64,000 nucleotides of DNA from a bacterium. GTDB taxonomy: Bacteria; Patescibacteriota; Minisyncoccia; Phycocordibacterales; UBA2100. This document shows positions 28,278-37,035 of the stretch, in pieces. Position numbers and translations under genes: made by a program. Position 1 is the first letter of the stretch; every line of letters starts with the position of its first letter. The stretch covers positions 258,785 through 322,784 of the forward strand of contig JAYPJF010000002.1 in the NCBI GenBank assembly GCA_038128225.1, written 5' to 3'. The notes under the pieces are model-generated. The model ran no database searches. It saw only the letters and a program-made list of their open reading frames with translations, and had not been told where the DNA came from.

Positions 28278-28797
28278 ACGAAAATACATTAGATACAAAC
28301 GCGTACACTTTGCTAATAACAGACTCCGCCGCGTGTTGAGGTTCAGCCTCAACGTCACTAATAATTTCTACGCCGGCGGGGCCCGGGTTCGCAGACTCTT
28401 CATGCACCACCACTTCTTCCGTGGTTATGGCTTTCTTTTCGCTTGAGATCGCAGTTGCAACCTCGCTCTTACCTGTGATCAGAGACGAGGTACCGGTATT
28501 GACATGCACTTGTGTCGAGACGCTCGCGCTGGTGCTCGTTGCTGTGTGTGCATACTTAATGGGTTCACTCTGTACGGTTTCTTCATATGCTTCCACAACT
28601 TTTCCATCAACAACCGTTTTGACTGACACACTACTGTTGCTTGCCCCTTCAAGAACCGTACCCCCCGTGCTCACATTACCTCCCGTAGTTGAGTGCACTT
28701 GTACTGAGTTATTCACTACGGTTGTTGCCGCACGCGCGACAAAAGGCGCACAGAGCCCAAGTGAAAAAATAAGTGTGTATGTCAGTGTGTACCGCAT
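28258..28797 (-). CDS. Small secreted protein with one TGGN-type unit
   Basis: Signal peptide ending ARA; VVNNSVQVHSTTGGNV...VLEGASNSSVSVKT; amphipathic aromatic C-terminus. Confidence 0.7.
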   Translation of the reverse strand: MRYTLTYTLIFSLGLCAPFVARAATTVVNNSVQVHSTTGGNVSTGGTVLEGASNSSVSVKTVVDGKVVEAYEETVQSEPIKYAHTATSTSASVSTQVHVNTGTSSLITGKSEVATAISSEKKAITTEEVVVHEESANPGPAGVEIISDVEAEPQHAAESVISKVYAFVSNVFSYVFGWL

Positions 28798-28804
28798 GCT
28801 TCTC

Positions 28805-28861
28805 GGCAAGACCTTAACCTTCAAGGTTCAGATCTTGCCAGAAGGGCTCTCAGAGAGAGCC
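28805..28861 (-). promoter_or_regulatory. Intercistronic double stem-loop (mRNA stabiliser or partial terminator)
   Basis: GGCAAGA...TCTTGCC enclosing AACCTT-C-AAGGTT; GGCTCTC-AGA-GAGAGCC. Confidence 0.55.
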
Positions 28862-28877
28862 GCTGTCTGGAAAACCA

Positions 28878-30086
28878 CTAGCGCAAGATGCGAGAGAGGT
28901 TTGTGTTGATGACGTTCATGAATGCTGAAGCAGTCTGAACTTCACCAGTTTGGATGAGGCCGCCAGCTGCACCGTTGCCGCCTTCGCCGCCCTCAGCGCC
29001 GTCACCTGTGTGACCGCCGTTGCCGCCAGCTGCACCGTTACCGCCGTTACCGCCCTCACCACCGTGACCACCGAGGTTGTTGCCAACGTAGGTTTCGTAC
29101 CAGTCGTACCAGTCATCAGACCAGATGTCCCACCAGTCTCCGCTACCGTTTGCATCACCACCGTTGCCACCCTCGTCACCGTCGCCGCCGCTGCCGCCTT
29201 TAGCACCATCGCCAGCGTTGTCGCCAGCTGAGCCGCCTTTGCCGCCCTTTGCGCCGTCGCCACCGTCAGAAACGTTGCCACCGGTGTTTGCAGTGTCAAT
29301 TACTGCGTTGGTTACTACTGCAGTGTTTGCGTTTACCACGCCAACATCCCCGTGATCAACTGGAACGTGGGTCTTTGCGTATTCACGATACGCCTTGTCC
29401 TTCATCCAGTCGTGGGTGTATCCGTCTTCGTCGCAATCATAATCACACCAGTCAGACCAATCATCCCAGTAGCCGTAGCCACCTGAAACATGATCTTCTT
29501 CATGAGAGAGTTTTTCCTTCTCCCAGATGTCGTACATTGCTTCGCCGCAACCGCAATCGGTTGTGTCGATTTCAGTGTCGTTGGTGTTTACTGTGTTTGA
29601 GATCACAACTCCGGTTGTGATGTCGCCGGTTGAGATTACTCCACCTACGCCACCGTTACCACCGTTGCCACCTGCTGCGCCTGATCCGGTTGAACCACCT
29701 TGGCCACCGTATGCAGCGTCGCCGCCGTTACCACCGTTACCACCAAAACCACCGAGGTTGTCACCGCCGTTGCCGCCGTTTGCTTCACCGCCGTTGCCAC
29801 CCTCGTCACCGTCGCCGCCGCTGCCGCCTTTAGCACCATCGCCAGCATTGTCGCCACCATTGCCGCCCTTGCCACCCTTACCAGCGTCGCCGCCAACTGC
29901 GACGTTACCACCGGTGTTTGCCGTCGTAACTACTGAGTTGGTTACTACTGCAGTGTTTGTGTTTGTGACAAACACATCTCCGTAGTCAACATCTGCAGAT
30001 GCTACGGTTGCTGCGCCGAACAATGCGATCGCTGCAACTACAACTGCAAAAACAACACCAAAAGACATTTCTCGAACTGTAGTCAT
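28878..30086 (-). CDS. Secreted Gly-rich repeat protein with two ANTGGN/IxTG units (candidate fibre subunit)
   Basis: Signal peptide ending ASA; duplicated NTAVVTN.V..TANTGGNV; (GGxG) tracts; Trp/Asp/Tyr-rich inserts. Confidence 0.75.
   Translation of the reverse strand: MTTVREMSFGVVFAVVVAAIALFGAATVASADVDYGDVFVTNTNTAVVTNSVVTTANTGGNVAVGGDAGKGGKGGNGGDNAGDGAKGGSGGDGDEGGNGGEANGGNGGDNLGGFGGNGGNGGDAAYGGQGGSTGSGAAGGNGGNGGVGGVISTGDITTGVVISNTVNTNDTEIDTTDCGCGEAMYDIWEKEKLSHEEDHVSGGYGYWDDWSDWCDYDCDEDGYTHDWMKDKAYREYAKTHVPVDHGDVGVVNANTAVVTNAVIDTANTGGNVSDGGDGAKGGKGGSAGDNAGDGAKGGSGGDGDEGGNGGDANGSGDWWDIWSDDWYDWYETYVGNNLGGHGGEGGNGGNGAAGGNGGHTGDGAEGGEGGNGAAGGLIQTGEVQTASAFMNVINTNLSRILR
29161..29959. repeat. Intragenic direct repeat with 630-nt period
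   Basis: 29161-29216 is identical to 29791-29846 (56 nt); TTGGTTACTACTGCAGTGTTTG at 29308 and 29938. Confidence 0.9.
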
Positions 30087-30558
30087 AATTTTTCTTTAAG
30101 TAAGCCTTTCTAATGCTTAATAATTAAGACTGATAATCTTCTCGACCCGCGCGGCTATTATTAGCCAACGCCGGAATGCAAAACCCCAACGTTTTGGTTC
30201 TGTTTTCCAACGTGGTGTGCGAGTTTAAATAAAAACTCGCCCGTGGGGCGGTTTACAAGTCAGTTTTCTGGCCTGTTCGCGCGCGCACGTAAATAGCGTT
30301 TGCGAAGCAGATCTTCTCGTTTTGTCTACAGGGCTTCGTGCAGTGCACGAATTAGCATGATTTTCGCGCAATAGCTTTTAACTGTCAACCTGTGGAAAAC
30401 TCAGTTTGTGTTCTGTAGTGCAGCACTATCCTTAAAAAAGAAAACAGCCCCAGAGTGGGTACTAAACCCCCGTAGACGTGAGTCGAGAAGACCAGCTTCT
30501 TTTTCTCAAGCTTCGTTTAGTACCCGCCCTGAGGCTGTTTTTCGAAAGATCAGACGCA

Positions 30559-31911
30559 CTATTCACCAAAACCTGGCAACACACTCCGCATTTTCGCGAA
30601 CAAACTACCGATATGTTCTCGAATATTCTTTATGAACACCCGGTTTTTCACCGGTGTCGCATCATCAGCAGTCACTGCCGCAGCGGCAAGTTGGGAATCA
30701 CTTCCTTCTGCTGATTCCGCAGGAATTTCGTCCGCAGCCTCGGCTACCGCAGCCACAATCGGAGCAATTGTGCTGCGTTCAACTCCTAGTATTGTTCGGT
30801 CACCGAGGCGCGCATGTTCGATTTCTTTGACCTGTGCGTCACTCAGAGGAAATTGCTCACGATTTTCACAATACAGCTCATTTATTTTTTTTCGTGTCGT
30901 CAAATAGACATGTCCTGTCGGAGCAGTCGTACCCCAAGGATTTAAAACTTCAGAAGCGTAGCGTTTTTGGAACACTTCAACTGCAGCGATTGAAGGTGCG
31001 TCATATTCACCTGAAGTCTCCAACGTAAACCCCTCGAGCGTCCGCAAGAAATCTTGAAGTTTACGCACTTCAGCAGGATCGTTCGCTCCACCGCGTTTAA
31101 TAAACATCTGCAAATAAGGCACGCATTGGTTTGCTTTGGATTGCTCCGGCGTGGTTGTTGCATGAATAGCGATCTCATGTTCAGCACCAAACGCAAACAT
31201 GCCGTTCACCGTAGCAACAGGCCGCACATACCACACCTGGTCAGAAGCAAGATCGAGCACTACGTTGTGCCACCACCGGTCTTCTGATCCGATCTCGGTG
31301 TGATAGCCGTAGGTATAGTGTGGTGACGTAAATCCATCAGCAGTCCCACCAATCATGGGCACGCTCGTCGTGCCGTATACTACCCAGCCGGTTGCAGCTA
31401 TATTAGTTTCCCACGTCACACTCACTCCACCCTCAACTACTTCATACGTCTCATTAGAAATCATCAGTGTTTCCAGTGTGGCTCCGCCACCAGAAGAGCC
31501 TGATGTGCCTCCGCCAGAAGTACCTCCTGGCGAACCGCCTCCTGAAGAATCACCACCAGAACTACCCCCGCCTCCCCCATTTTCTCCGGAGCCGTTTCCA
31601 CCTCCAGTGTCTCCACCCCCAGACCCACCACCGTCAGTTCCGCCCCCTCCTGAACCCCCGCCAGTGCATGAGCCGGGCACATCGAGCACTCCAGCCTGGT
31701 GCAGTATTGAGTATGTGTCACACACAATCTCCCCCGCATCGGACGACTGTCCGACCGGGTCTCCACTACTCTGGTCAGTAGCCGATTGCAACGCATCGGT
31801 CAAAAGTTGTTGAGCCAAATCGATGATTCCCCCCGTATCCACCGAAACCGACGCGTGCGCTGGTGTCGCCATCAATATCAGTGCCAAAACAAAAAAAAGT
31901 GATGACTTCAT
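30559..31911 (-). CDS. Secreted protein: Gly/Ser linker, FN3-like domain, peptidoglycan-binding domain
   Basis: Signal peptide ending AHA; VTWETN..ATG.V.YG; C.PYL...G..ND..EVRKLQ.FL...PWG...TG.VY.TT...IN.LYC shared with 25530..28277. Confidence 0.78.
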   Translation of the reverse strand: MKSSLFFVLALILMATPAHASVSVDTGGIIDLAQQLLTDALQSATDQSSGDPVGQSSDAGEIVCDTYSILHQAGVLDVPGSCTGGGSGGGGTDGGGSGGGDTGGGNGSGENGGGGGSSGGDSSGGGSPGGTSGGGTSGSSGGGATLETLMISNETYEVVEGGVSVTWETNIAATGWVVYGTTSVPMIGGTADGFTSPHYTYGYHTEIGSEDRWWHNVVLDLASDQVWYVRPVATVNGMFAFGAEHEIAIHATTTPEQSKANQCVPYLQMFIKRGGANDPAEVRKLQDFLRTLEGFTLETSGEYDAPSIAAVEVFQKRYASEVLNPWGTTAPTGHVYLTTRKKINELYCENREQFPLSDAQVKEIEHARLGDRTILGVERSTIAPIVAAVAEAADEIPAESAEGSDSQLAAAAVTADDATPVKNRVFIKNIREHIGSLFAKMRSVLPGFGE

Positions 31912-32141
31912 AATTTTTTATTTATAAGTTGCCTACGCGCACTATTCTGCATGAGTGATGAAAATCATCAAAATAAAAAGAAAATACTGAGTCTCTGTCC
32001 TTGTTACGAGCAACGGTGATGTCTTTTTACTTTGAAGTGCGTGTTCTGTTTAAGTCTTATATAAAGCCAATATAAAAAGTTACGTAAAAGACACACTTTC
32101 TTTTATATAAGACATTCGAGTATGCGGCGCTTTTCTCGCCA

Positions 32142-32828
32142 CTAATGATGTGCAGAGAGCGAATGTTCGCACAGTGCACGCATTATGCGCGAAACTTCCT
32201 GACTGCGTGTGTGGAATGCCACATAACTTCCATCGGGGTGCACGGTAATGAACGAAAGCGCCTGTGCGCTGACCAATACTCCCGTTTGTGGACTCACGCG
32301 CCCCTCATCTTCGGGCTTATTCAAGGCGAGCACTTCTTCGGGAAGAACGGTTGCCCGTTTTTCCAATTTCTTCCACGAGCGAAGACTGCTCATGTGTCGA
32401 ACAAATGCGGTGTTTGCGATCACGATTGGCGCGTCTTCAACAACAAGATAGTCCTCAAGAATGGTATCTACTCCTTCGGCACCAAGAGCTGTTTGCATGT
32501 ATTGTTGTGCCACTTTCGTTTTACGTGTTTGTTCCAGCTGTGGAAGGATCGCGGCAAAACTCTTGGTTACGTCTTCGTGACGCTTCAGTATGTTTCGCGG
32601 CGGCTCTGCAGTCCAAATTTTCTGGCGCCGCTTCATGTAGCATCGGGCGTATCCTTGTTTTTCCAACTTGTCGAGCACATCGCGTGCGGTGGTGCGCGGA
32701 GTTCCTGCTGCGCGCGCAATGTCTGCAGCGGTACCTTCTCCAATCTGAAGGAGTAGGAGGTATGTTTTTGCCTCAACAGGCTTGTGCCCCAGTCGTTCAA
32801 TTACCCGTTGAGCTTCCATGGGAAGCAT
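32142..32828 (-). CDS. TrmB-family transcriptional regulator
   Basis: LG....EAKTYL.LL..G..TAADIAR.AG.PRTT..DVL..L...G winged HTH, AEPP..IL. Confidence 0.8.
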   Translation of the reverse strand: MLPMEAQRVIERLGHKPVEAKTYLLLLQIGEGTAADIARAAGTPRTTARDVLDKLEKQGYARCYMKRRQKIWTAEPPRNILKRHEDVTKSFAAILPQLEQTRKTKVAQQYMQTALGAEGVDTILEDYLVVEDAPIVIANTAFVRHMSSLRSWKKLEKRATVLPEEVLALNKPEDEGRVSPQTGVLVSAQALSFITVHPDGSYVAFHTRSQEVSRIMRALCEHSLSAHH

Positions 32829-32960
32829 TTAGCCATAACTGCGCATAAAAGACACTAGACGAAAGCAAAATACTGTGATGTTGGTCAGCGCAGAGAATGT
32901 CCTTTATAAATCCATAAAGGACTCGATGTGAGTTTTTTACTTTGATACAAAAGGAATTGT

Positions 32961-33617
32961 TCACCACTTTATCGGTGATTTCTCATGAGTGACGAGATAC
33001 GCATTGGCTTTGCTGAAGTGTTTACATCCGAAGAATCCTGATGCGGAAAATGGTGACGGATGTGCTGCTTCCAAGACACAGTGTTTATTTCGATCAATAA
33101 CACTGCCTTTTTGTCGCGCATAGTTACCCCACAACATAAACACCAAATGCTCTCGTTCTTCAGAAAGTAGCCGAACAATGGCGTCAGTGAATTTTTCCCA
33201 ACCCTTTCCCTGATGGCTGCCCGGCGTGCCCGCACGTACCGTGAGTGTTGCATTAAGCAGCAAAACCCCTTGTCGTGCCCACCGGGACAAATCGGGGTTT
33301 CTATCTGCAGGAATACCAAGATCGTTTTCAATTTCTTTGAAGATATTGCTCAGCGATGGTGGTATCGGTACTTCCTCAGGAACCGCAAAACATAGTCCGT
33401 TTGCCTGGCGCGCCCCGTGATACGGATCTTGCCCAAGAATAACTACCGAAACGTCTTCAAATGGGCACAAATCTAATGCTTTAAAAATATTTTTTGGATG
33501 CGGGTATGTCGCATTTTTTGCATACTCGTTTTTTACGAATGTACTGAGTTCCTGAAAATACGGCTTTTCAAACTCTGGCGCAAGCCGGGTTTTCCACGAC
33601 TGCTCCAGGCGAATCAT
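32961..33617 (-). CDS. ung: Uracil-DNA glycosylase family 1
   Basis: GQDPYH, PPSL.NI, GVLLLN, HPSPFS. Confidence 0.96.
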   Translation of the reverse strand: MIRLEQSWKTRLAPEFEKPYFQELSTFVKNEYAKNATYPHPKNIFKALDLCPFEDVSVVILGQDPYHGARQANGLCFAVPEEVPIPPSLSNIFKEIENDLGIPADRNPDLSRWARQGVLLLNATLTVRAGTPGSHQGKGWEKFTDAIVRLLSEEREHLVFMLWGNYARQKGSVIDRNKHCVLEAAHPSPFSASGFFGCKHFSKANAYLVTHEKSPIKW

Positions 33618-33627
33618 GCTCTCACTC

Positions 33628-34026
33628 TCACACAGCCTCTACCTTCGCACAAGGCCTACACCTACACCCGTGTGGCTTTATAAATTCTTTGAAATACTCT
33701 TCCCCATAATCCATGGTGATTTCTGTCCCTGGTGAAATGTTTTTTTCCGCATAAATGTAAATGTGGCCGTTTTTCAATGACGCCGCCGCGTTTGGTTTAC
33801 AAGAATGATTGATATACCGCGCAATATTGTCATAGGCAGAACCGTCAATCGTCCACCCATTCTCGAGATCAAACAGATAGCGCGTCGTCAGCGTATCGGC
33901 GTATGTTGTTTTAATGAGGGAACCAGTATATTCAATGATGAACTTCCCCTTGAGAATTGCTCGGTCGGCAAACAAACCGAGGCCCGTATTTTCCGTGCGT
34001 TTAACGCGAACTGCCGGTGCATCCAT
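33628..34026 (-). CDS. SET-domain methyltransferase with post-SET cysteines
   Basis: GLGLFA, IIEYTG, ARYINHSCKPN, EITMDY, CRCRPC. Confidence 0.9.
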   Translation of the reverse strand: MDAPAVRVKRTENTGLGLFADRAILKGKFIIEYTGSLIKTTYADTLTTRYLFDLENGWTIDGSAYDNIARYINHSCKPNAAASLKNGHIYIYAEKNISPGTEITMDYGEEYFKEFIKPHGCRCRPCAKVEAV

Positions 34027-34102
34027 AGAGCGAATACTATACTACACAAACTAAAGATGTATAGAGCCGTGCGGCCTCGTGGTTTTATGACATACTAAAG
34101 GC

Positions 34103-34300
34103 ATGGAACAGCTCGCTCCGCTTTTGTGGCTCATGTTTGGCGGCTGTTTACTCATGTACACGGTGTATGGTTTCATTCTTGGGTACCATTGGATTCGATT
34201 CAGCGCAAACTATACAGCTGCACTTATCACACTCGGCATATATGTTGGGTTTGGCGTGCTCCTATTTGTAGTTATGTTTGGCACCCTGCTTGTACTGTAA
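34103..34300 (+). CDS. Small two-TM membrane protein
   Basis: 65-aa hydrophobic ORF with YHW motif, 2 nt before the next ATG. Confidence 0.65.
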   Translation: MEQLAPLLWLMFGGCLLMYTVYGFILGYHWIRFSANYTAALITLGIYVGFGVLLFVVMFGTLLVL

Positions 34301-34302
34301 CT

Positions 34303-34833
34303 ATGCTTAACCTGCCCATCCAACCCGGCGAGCGTGTGGTCATGAAGGTTAGAAAACACTGGTTTATCCTCCTGCGCGAAAAACTGGGCGTAGCGATCGC
34401 GGGGATTATCCCGTTTGTTCTTGCGCCATTTATTTTTTCGCTTTTCCAGACGCCCTCAACAGTTGCAACGTTCTTGAGCGCACTCTGGTGTGCGTTCATT
34501 ATCATGGGCTTTATGAATGTGTGGACAAGTTATTTCCTCGACATTTGGATTGTTACCGACCGACGCATTATGTACATTGAGCAGGTGCGTTTTTTTGTTC
34601 GGGAAGTCGTTACACTTCGGCTCGAACGCGTTCAAGACGCGACGGTTCGATTTGAAGGTTTTTTCGAAACCTTACTCAATTTCGGTTCGTTACGCATCCA
34701 AACTGCGGGCGCGGCACTCGACGAGGTGGTGATTCACGGCATTCCTAATCCTGAGTGGGTAAAACGTCGCGTGCTTGACGAGGTAGACCGGTGTATAGAG
34801 GCGCATCGACACGATCCGTTTACTACTGTGTAA
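34303..34833 (+). CDS. Bacterial PH-domain (bPH_2) membrane protein
   Basis: RKHWF, two TMs, WIVTDRRI, RVQD, LNFGSL.IQTAG, IPNP. Confidence 0.8.
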   Translation: MLNLPIQPGERVVMKVRKHWFILLREKLGVAIAGIIPFVLAPFIFSLFQTPSTVATFLSALWCAFIIMGFMNVWTSYFLDIWIVTDRRIMYIEQVRFFVREVVTLRLERVQDATVRFEGFFETLLNFGSLRIQTAGAALDEVVIHGIPNPEWVKRRVLDEVDRCIEAHRHDPFTTV

Positions 34834-34869
34834 TCTTTACCTCTTCATCTCATCGTGTATTATCGCGCT

Positions 34870-36120
34870 ATGGCAAAACTTTCAACCGAACCATACAAAG
34901 GAGTGCGCGACTTTTACCCGAAAGAACAGTTTGTCCAGCAATACATCGCAGAAGTTGAGCGCCGTGCATGTGAAAAATACGGTTACGAAGAATATAACGC
35001 GAGTGTGTTGGAGCCGGCCGAACTCTATCGAAGTAAAACAAGCGAAGAGATCGTAAACGAGCAAACATACACCTTCACCGACCGCGGGGATCGCGCGGTA
35101 ACCCTACGCCCAGAAATGACCCCCACCGTCGCACGCCTCGTGGCACACAAGCGTCGCGAGCTCGGCCTCCCACTGCGCCTCTATTCGATTCAGAATTTTT
35201 TTCGGTACGAGCGCCCACAACACGGCCGCCTTCGCGAGTTTTGGCAATTGAATGCAGATATCTTCGGCGTGCCGGGCGTCGAGGCAGAAGTGGAGATCAT
35301 TGCACTTGCTCACAGTATTCTTATAGGGTTTGGTGCCTCCGAACACGATTTTGAGATCCGCATCAACGACCGTTCCGTGCTCCAAACGATTGCACATACC
35401 GCAGGGCTGGACGAGCAGTTGTTTGCGCATGCGCTACACCTTCTCGATCGACGCGCAAAAATGGATAATTTCGAAGACGTGTTTGCTCGTGAACTGGGCG
35501 CTACGACTGCACGCGCATTTCTTGATGGCCTCGCACAAACCGCTTCAAACACACACATCGAACGTCTCCGCGAACTGCTTGCGCTTCTCAATGTGCGCAA
35601 CGTCGTTGTTGATACCAGCATTGTGCGTGGTTTTGATTACTACACCGGCATGGTTTTTGAAGTTTTTGATACGAGCGAAGCAAACCCTCGATCGCTCGCG
35701 GGGGGCGGTAGGTATGACAATTTGCTATCCCTGTTTGGTGAAGAGACAGTTCCCGTAGTTGGCTTCGCGCTCGGTGACGTAACAGCACGTGATTTCTTGG
35801 ACACACACAACCTCATCCCTCCGTATCGCCCCGCAACCGAGCTTATGCTTGGGGTCGTTGACACAGATGCGGTTGCGCACGCAATGAAACTCGCTGCAGA
35901 TTTACGAAGCGAAGATATCACTGTCGCCATTAACTACTCAGGAAAACGACCGGGTGATCAAATTAAGCAAGCAGAAAAATTGGGTATTCCGTTCTTCATT
36001 CTTATTGGTGATAAAGAGCGCGATTCTGGAACCTACGTACTAAAAAATATTCAGACTGGGGACGAAATCACGTTGCCTCCATCTCGAATCGTTGAGCATA
36101 TGGCGAGCGCGCTCGGGTAG
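34870..36120 (+). CDS. hisS: Histidine--tRNA ligase
   Basis: KGVRDFYP, LRPEMT, FRYERPQ.GR.REFWQ, RGFDYYTG, GGGRYD. Confidence 0.96.
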   Translation: MAKLSTEPYKGVRDFYPKEQFVQQYIAEVERRACEKYGYEEYNASVLEPAELYRSKTSEEIVNEQTYTFTDRGDRAVTLRPEMTPTVARLVAHKRRELGLPLRLYSIQNFFRYERPQHGRLREFWQLNADIFGVPGVEAEVEIIALAHSILIGFGASEHDFEIRINDRSVLQTIAHTAGLDEQLFAHALHLLDRRAKMDNFEDVFARELGATTARAFLDGLAQTASNTHIERLRELLALLNVRNVVVDTSIVRGFDYYTGMVFEVFDTSEANPRSLAGGGRYDNLLSLFGEETVPVVGFALGDVTARDFLDTHNLIPPYRPATELMLGVVDTDAVAHAMKLAADLRSEDITVAINYSGKRPGDQIKQAEKLGIPFFILIGDKERDSGTYVLKNIQTGDEITLPPSRIVEHMASALG

Positions 36121-36142
36121 CGCTCTGGTATACTTTTTGCTC

Positions 36143-36718
36143 ATGCGCATTATCACATTCGATATAGAAACCGCGAATGTATTTTCTGATGTCGGATCAT
36201 CTGACCCCACTGCTCTCGACATTTCACTTGTCGGTATCCACGACTCTGAAACCAATGCGTACGACGCGTTTCTTGTTCAAGACTTCGGACGATTGTGGAC
36301 CATTCTTGAACATGCGGATATGCTCGTCGGCTACAATTCGGATCACTTCGACATCCCACTTTTGAACAAATACTACCCCGGGGATCTTTCCCACATTCGA
36401 TCGCTCGATCTTCTGAAAGAAATTCACCGCGTACTCGGTAGACGCGTCAAACTCGATTCTGTTGCGGAGGCAACGCTTGGGGTAAACAAAAGCGGTAATG
36501 GTCTACAAGCGCTCGAATGGTGGCGCAAAGGCGAAATCGACAAAGTGCGCGAATACTGTTTAAAGGATGTCGAGATTACACGCAATATATTCGACTACGC
36601 ACTCAAGCATCAGGCGATCAAAATTAAGGAGCTTGGCGGTGTGCGGGACGTGCGTCTTGATACCAGAGGGTGGCTCAAAGAGACTTCACAGCCGTTAACC
36701 AAAACGCTAGGTTTTTAA
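36143..36718 (+). CDS. RNase H-like 3'-5' exonuclease (YprB-like)
   Basis: FDIET, GYN...FD, Y...DV exonuclease I/II/III motifs. Confidence 0.82.
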   Translation: MRIITFDIETANVFSDVGSSDPTALDISLVGIHDSETNAYDAFLVQDFGRLWTILEHADMLVGYNSDHFDIPLLNKYYPGDLSHIRSLDLLKEIHRVLGRRVKLDSVAEATLGVNKSGNGLQALEWWRKGEIDKVREYCLKDVEITRNIFDYALKHQAIKIKELGGVRDVRLDTRGWLKETSQPLTKTLGF

Positions 36719-37035
36719 GCCGCCGGCTTTTGCGTAAGTTCGTGAAAAAGATTCACCGCTGACACACCAGATCCGGGAGTAAGCATTTCCACGATTCTTT
36801 CTGGAAATTGATCGGCAAAATTACTGTATCGTTCTCCATACCGGGTGGCCCACGCCTCCATAACTTCATTTCTTTCTTCTGGTCGCAACACGTCAAGATC
36901 GTACACGTCATTACCAAACGCATCTTTTAAACTCTTGCCCAACTCACTACGCGCAAAAACCGCTGCAAGGTGGAGTTGCACTGTTGCGCGGTCACGCAAG
37001 GAAATCGTTGTTACTGGTTTACTTTCGAAGTTCAT
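36715..37035 (-). CDS. Hypothetical protein
   Basis: 106-aa ORF from MNFESK, ATGA-coupled to the uppP stop. Confidence 0.6.
   Translation of the reverse strand: MNFESKPVTTISLRDRATVQLHLAAVFARSELGKSLKDAFGNDVYDLDVLRPEERNEVMEAWATRYGERYSNFADQFPERIVEMLTPGSGVSAVNLFHELTQKPAA

Noticed and set aside
28878-30086. PE_PGRS or collagen annotation
   Set aside because: No PE domain, it has a Sec-type signal peptide, and the tracts are GGx-rich without Pro; the similarity is compositional only.
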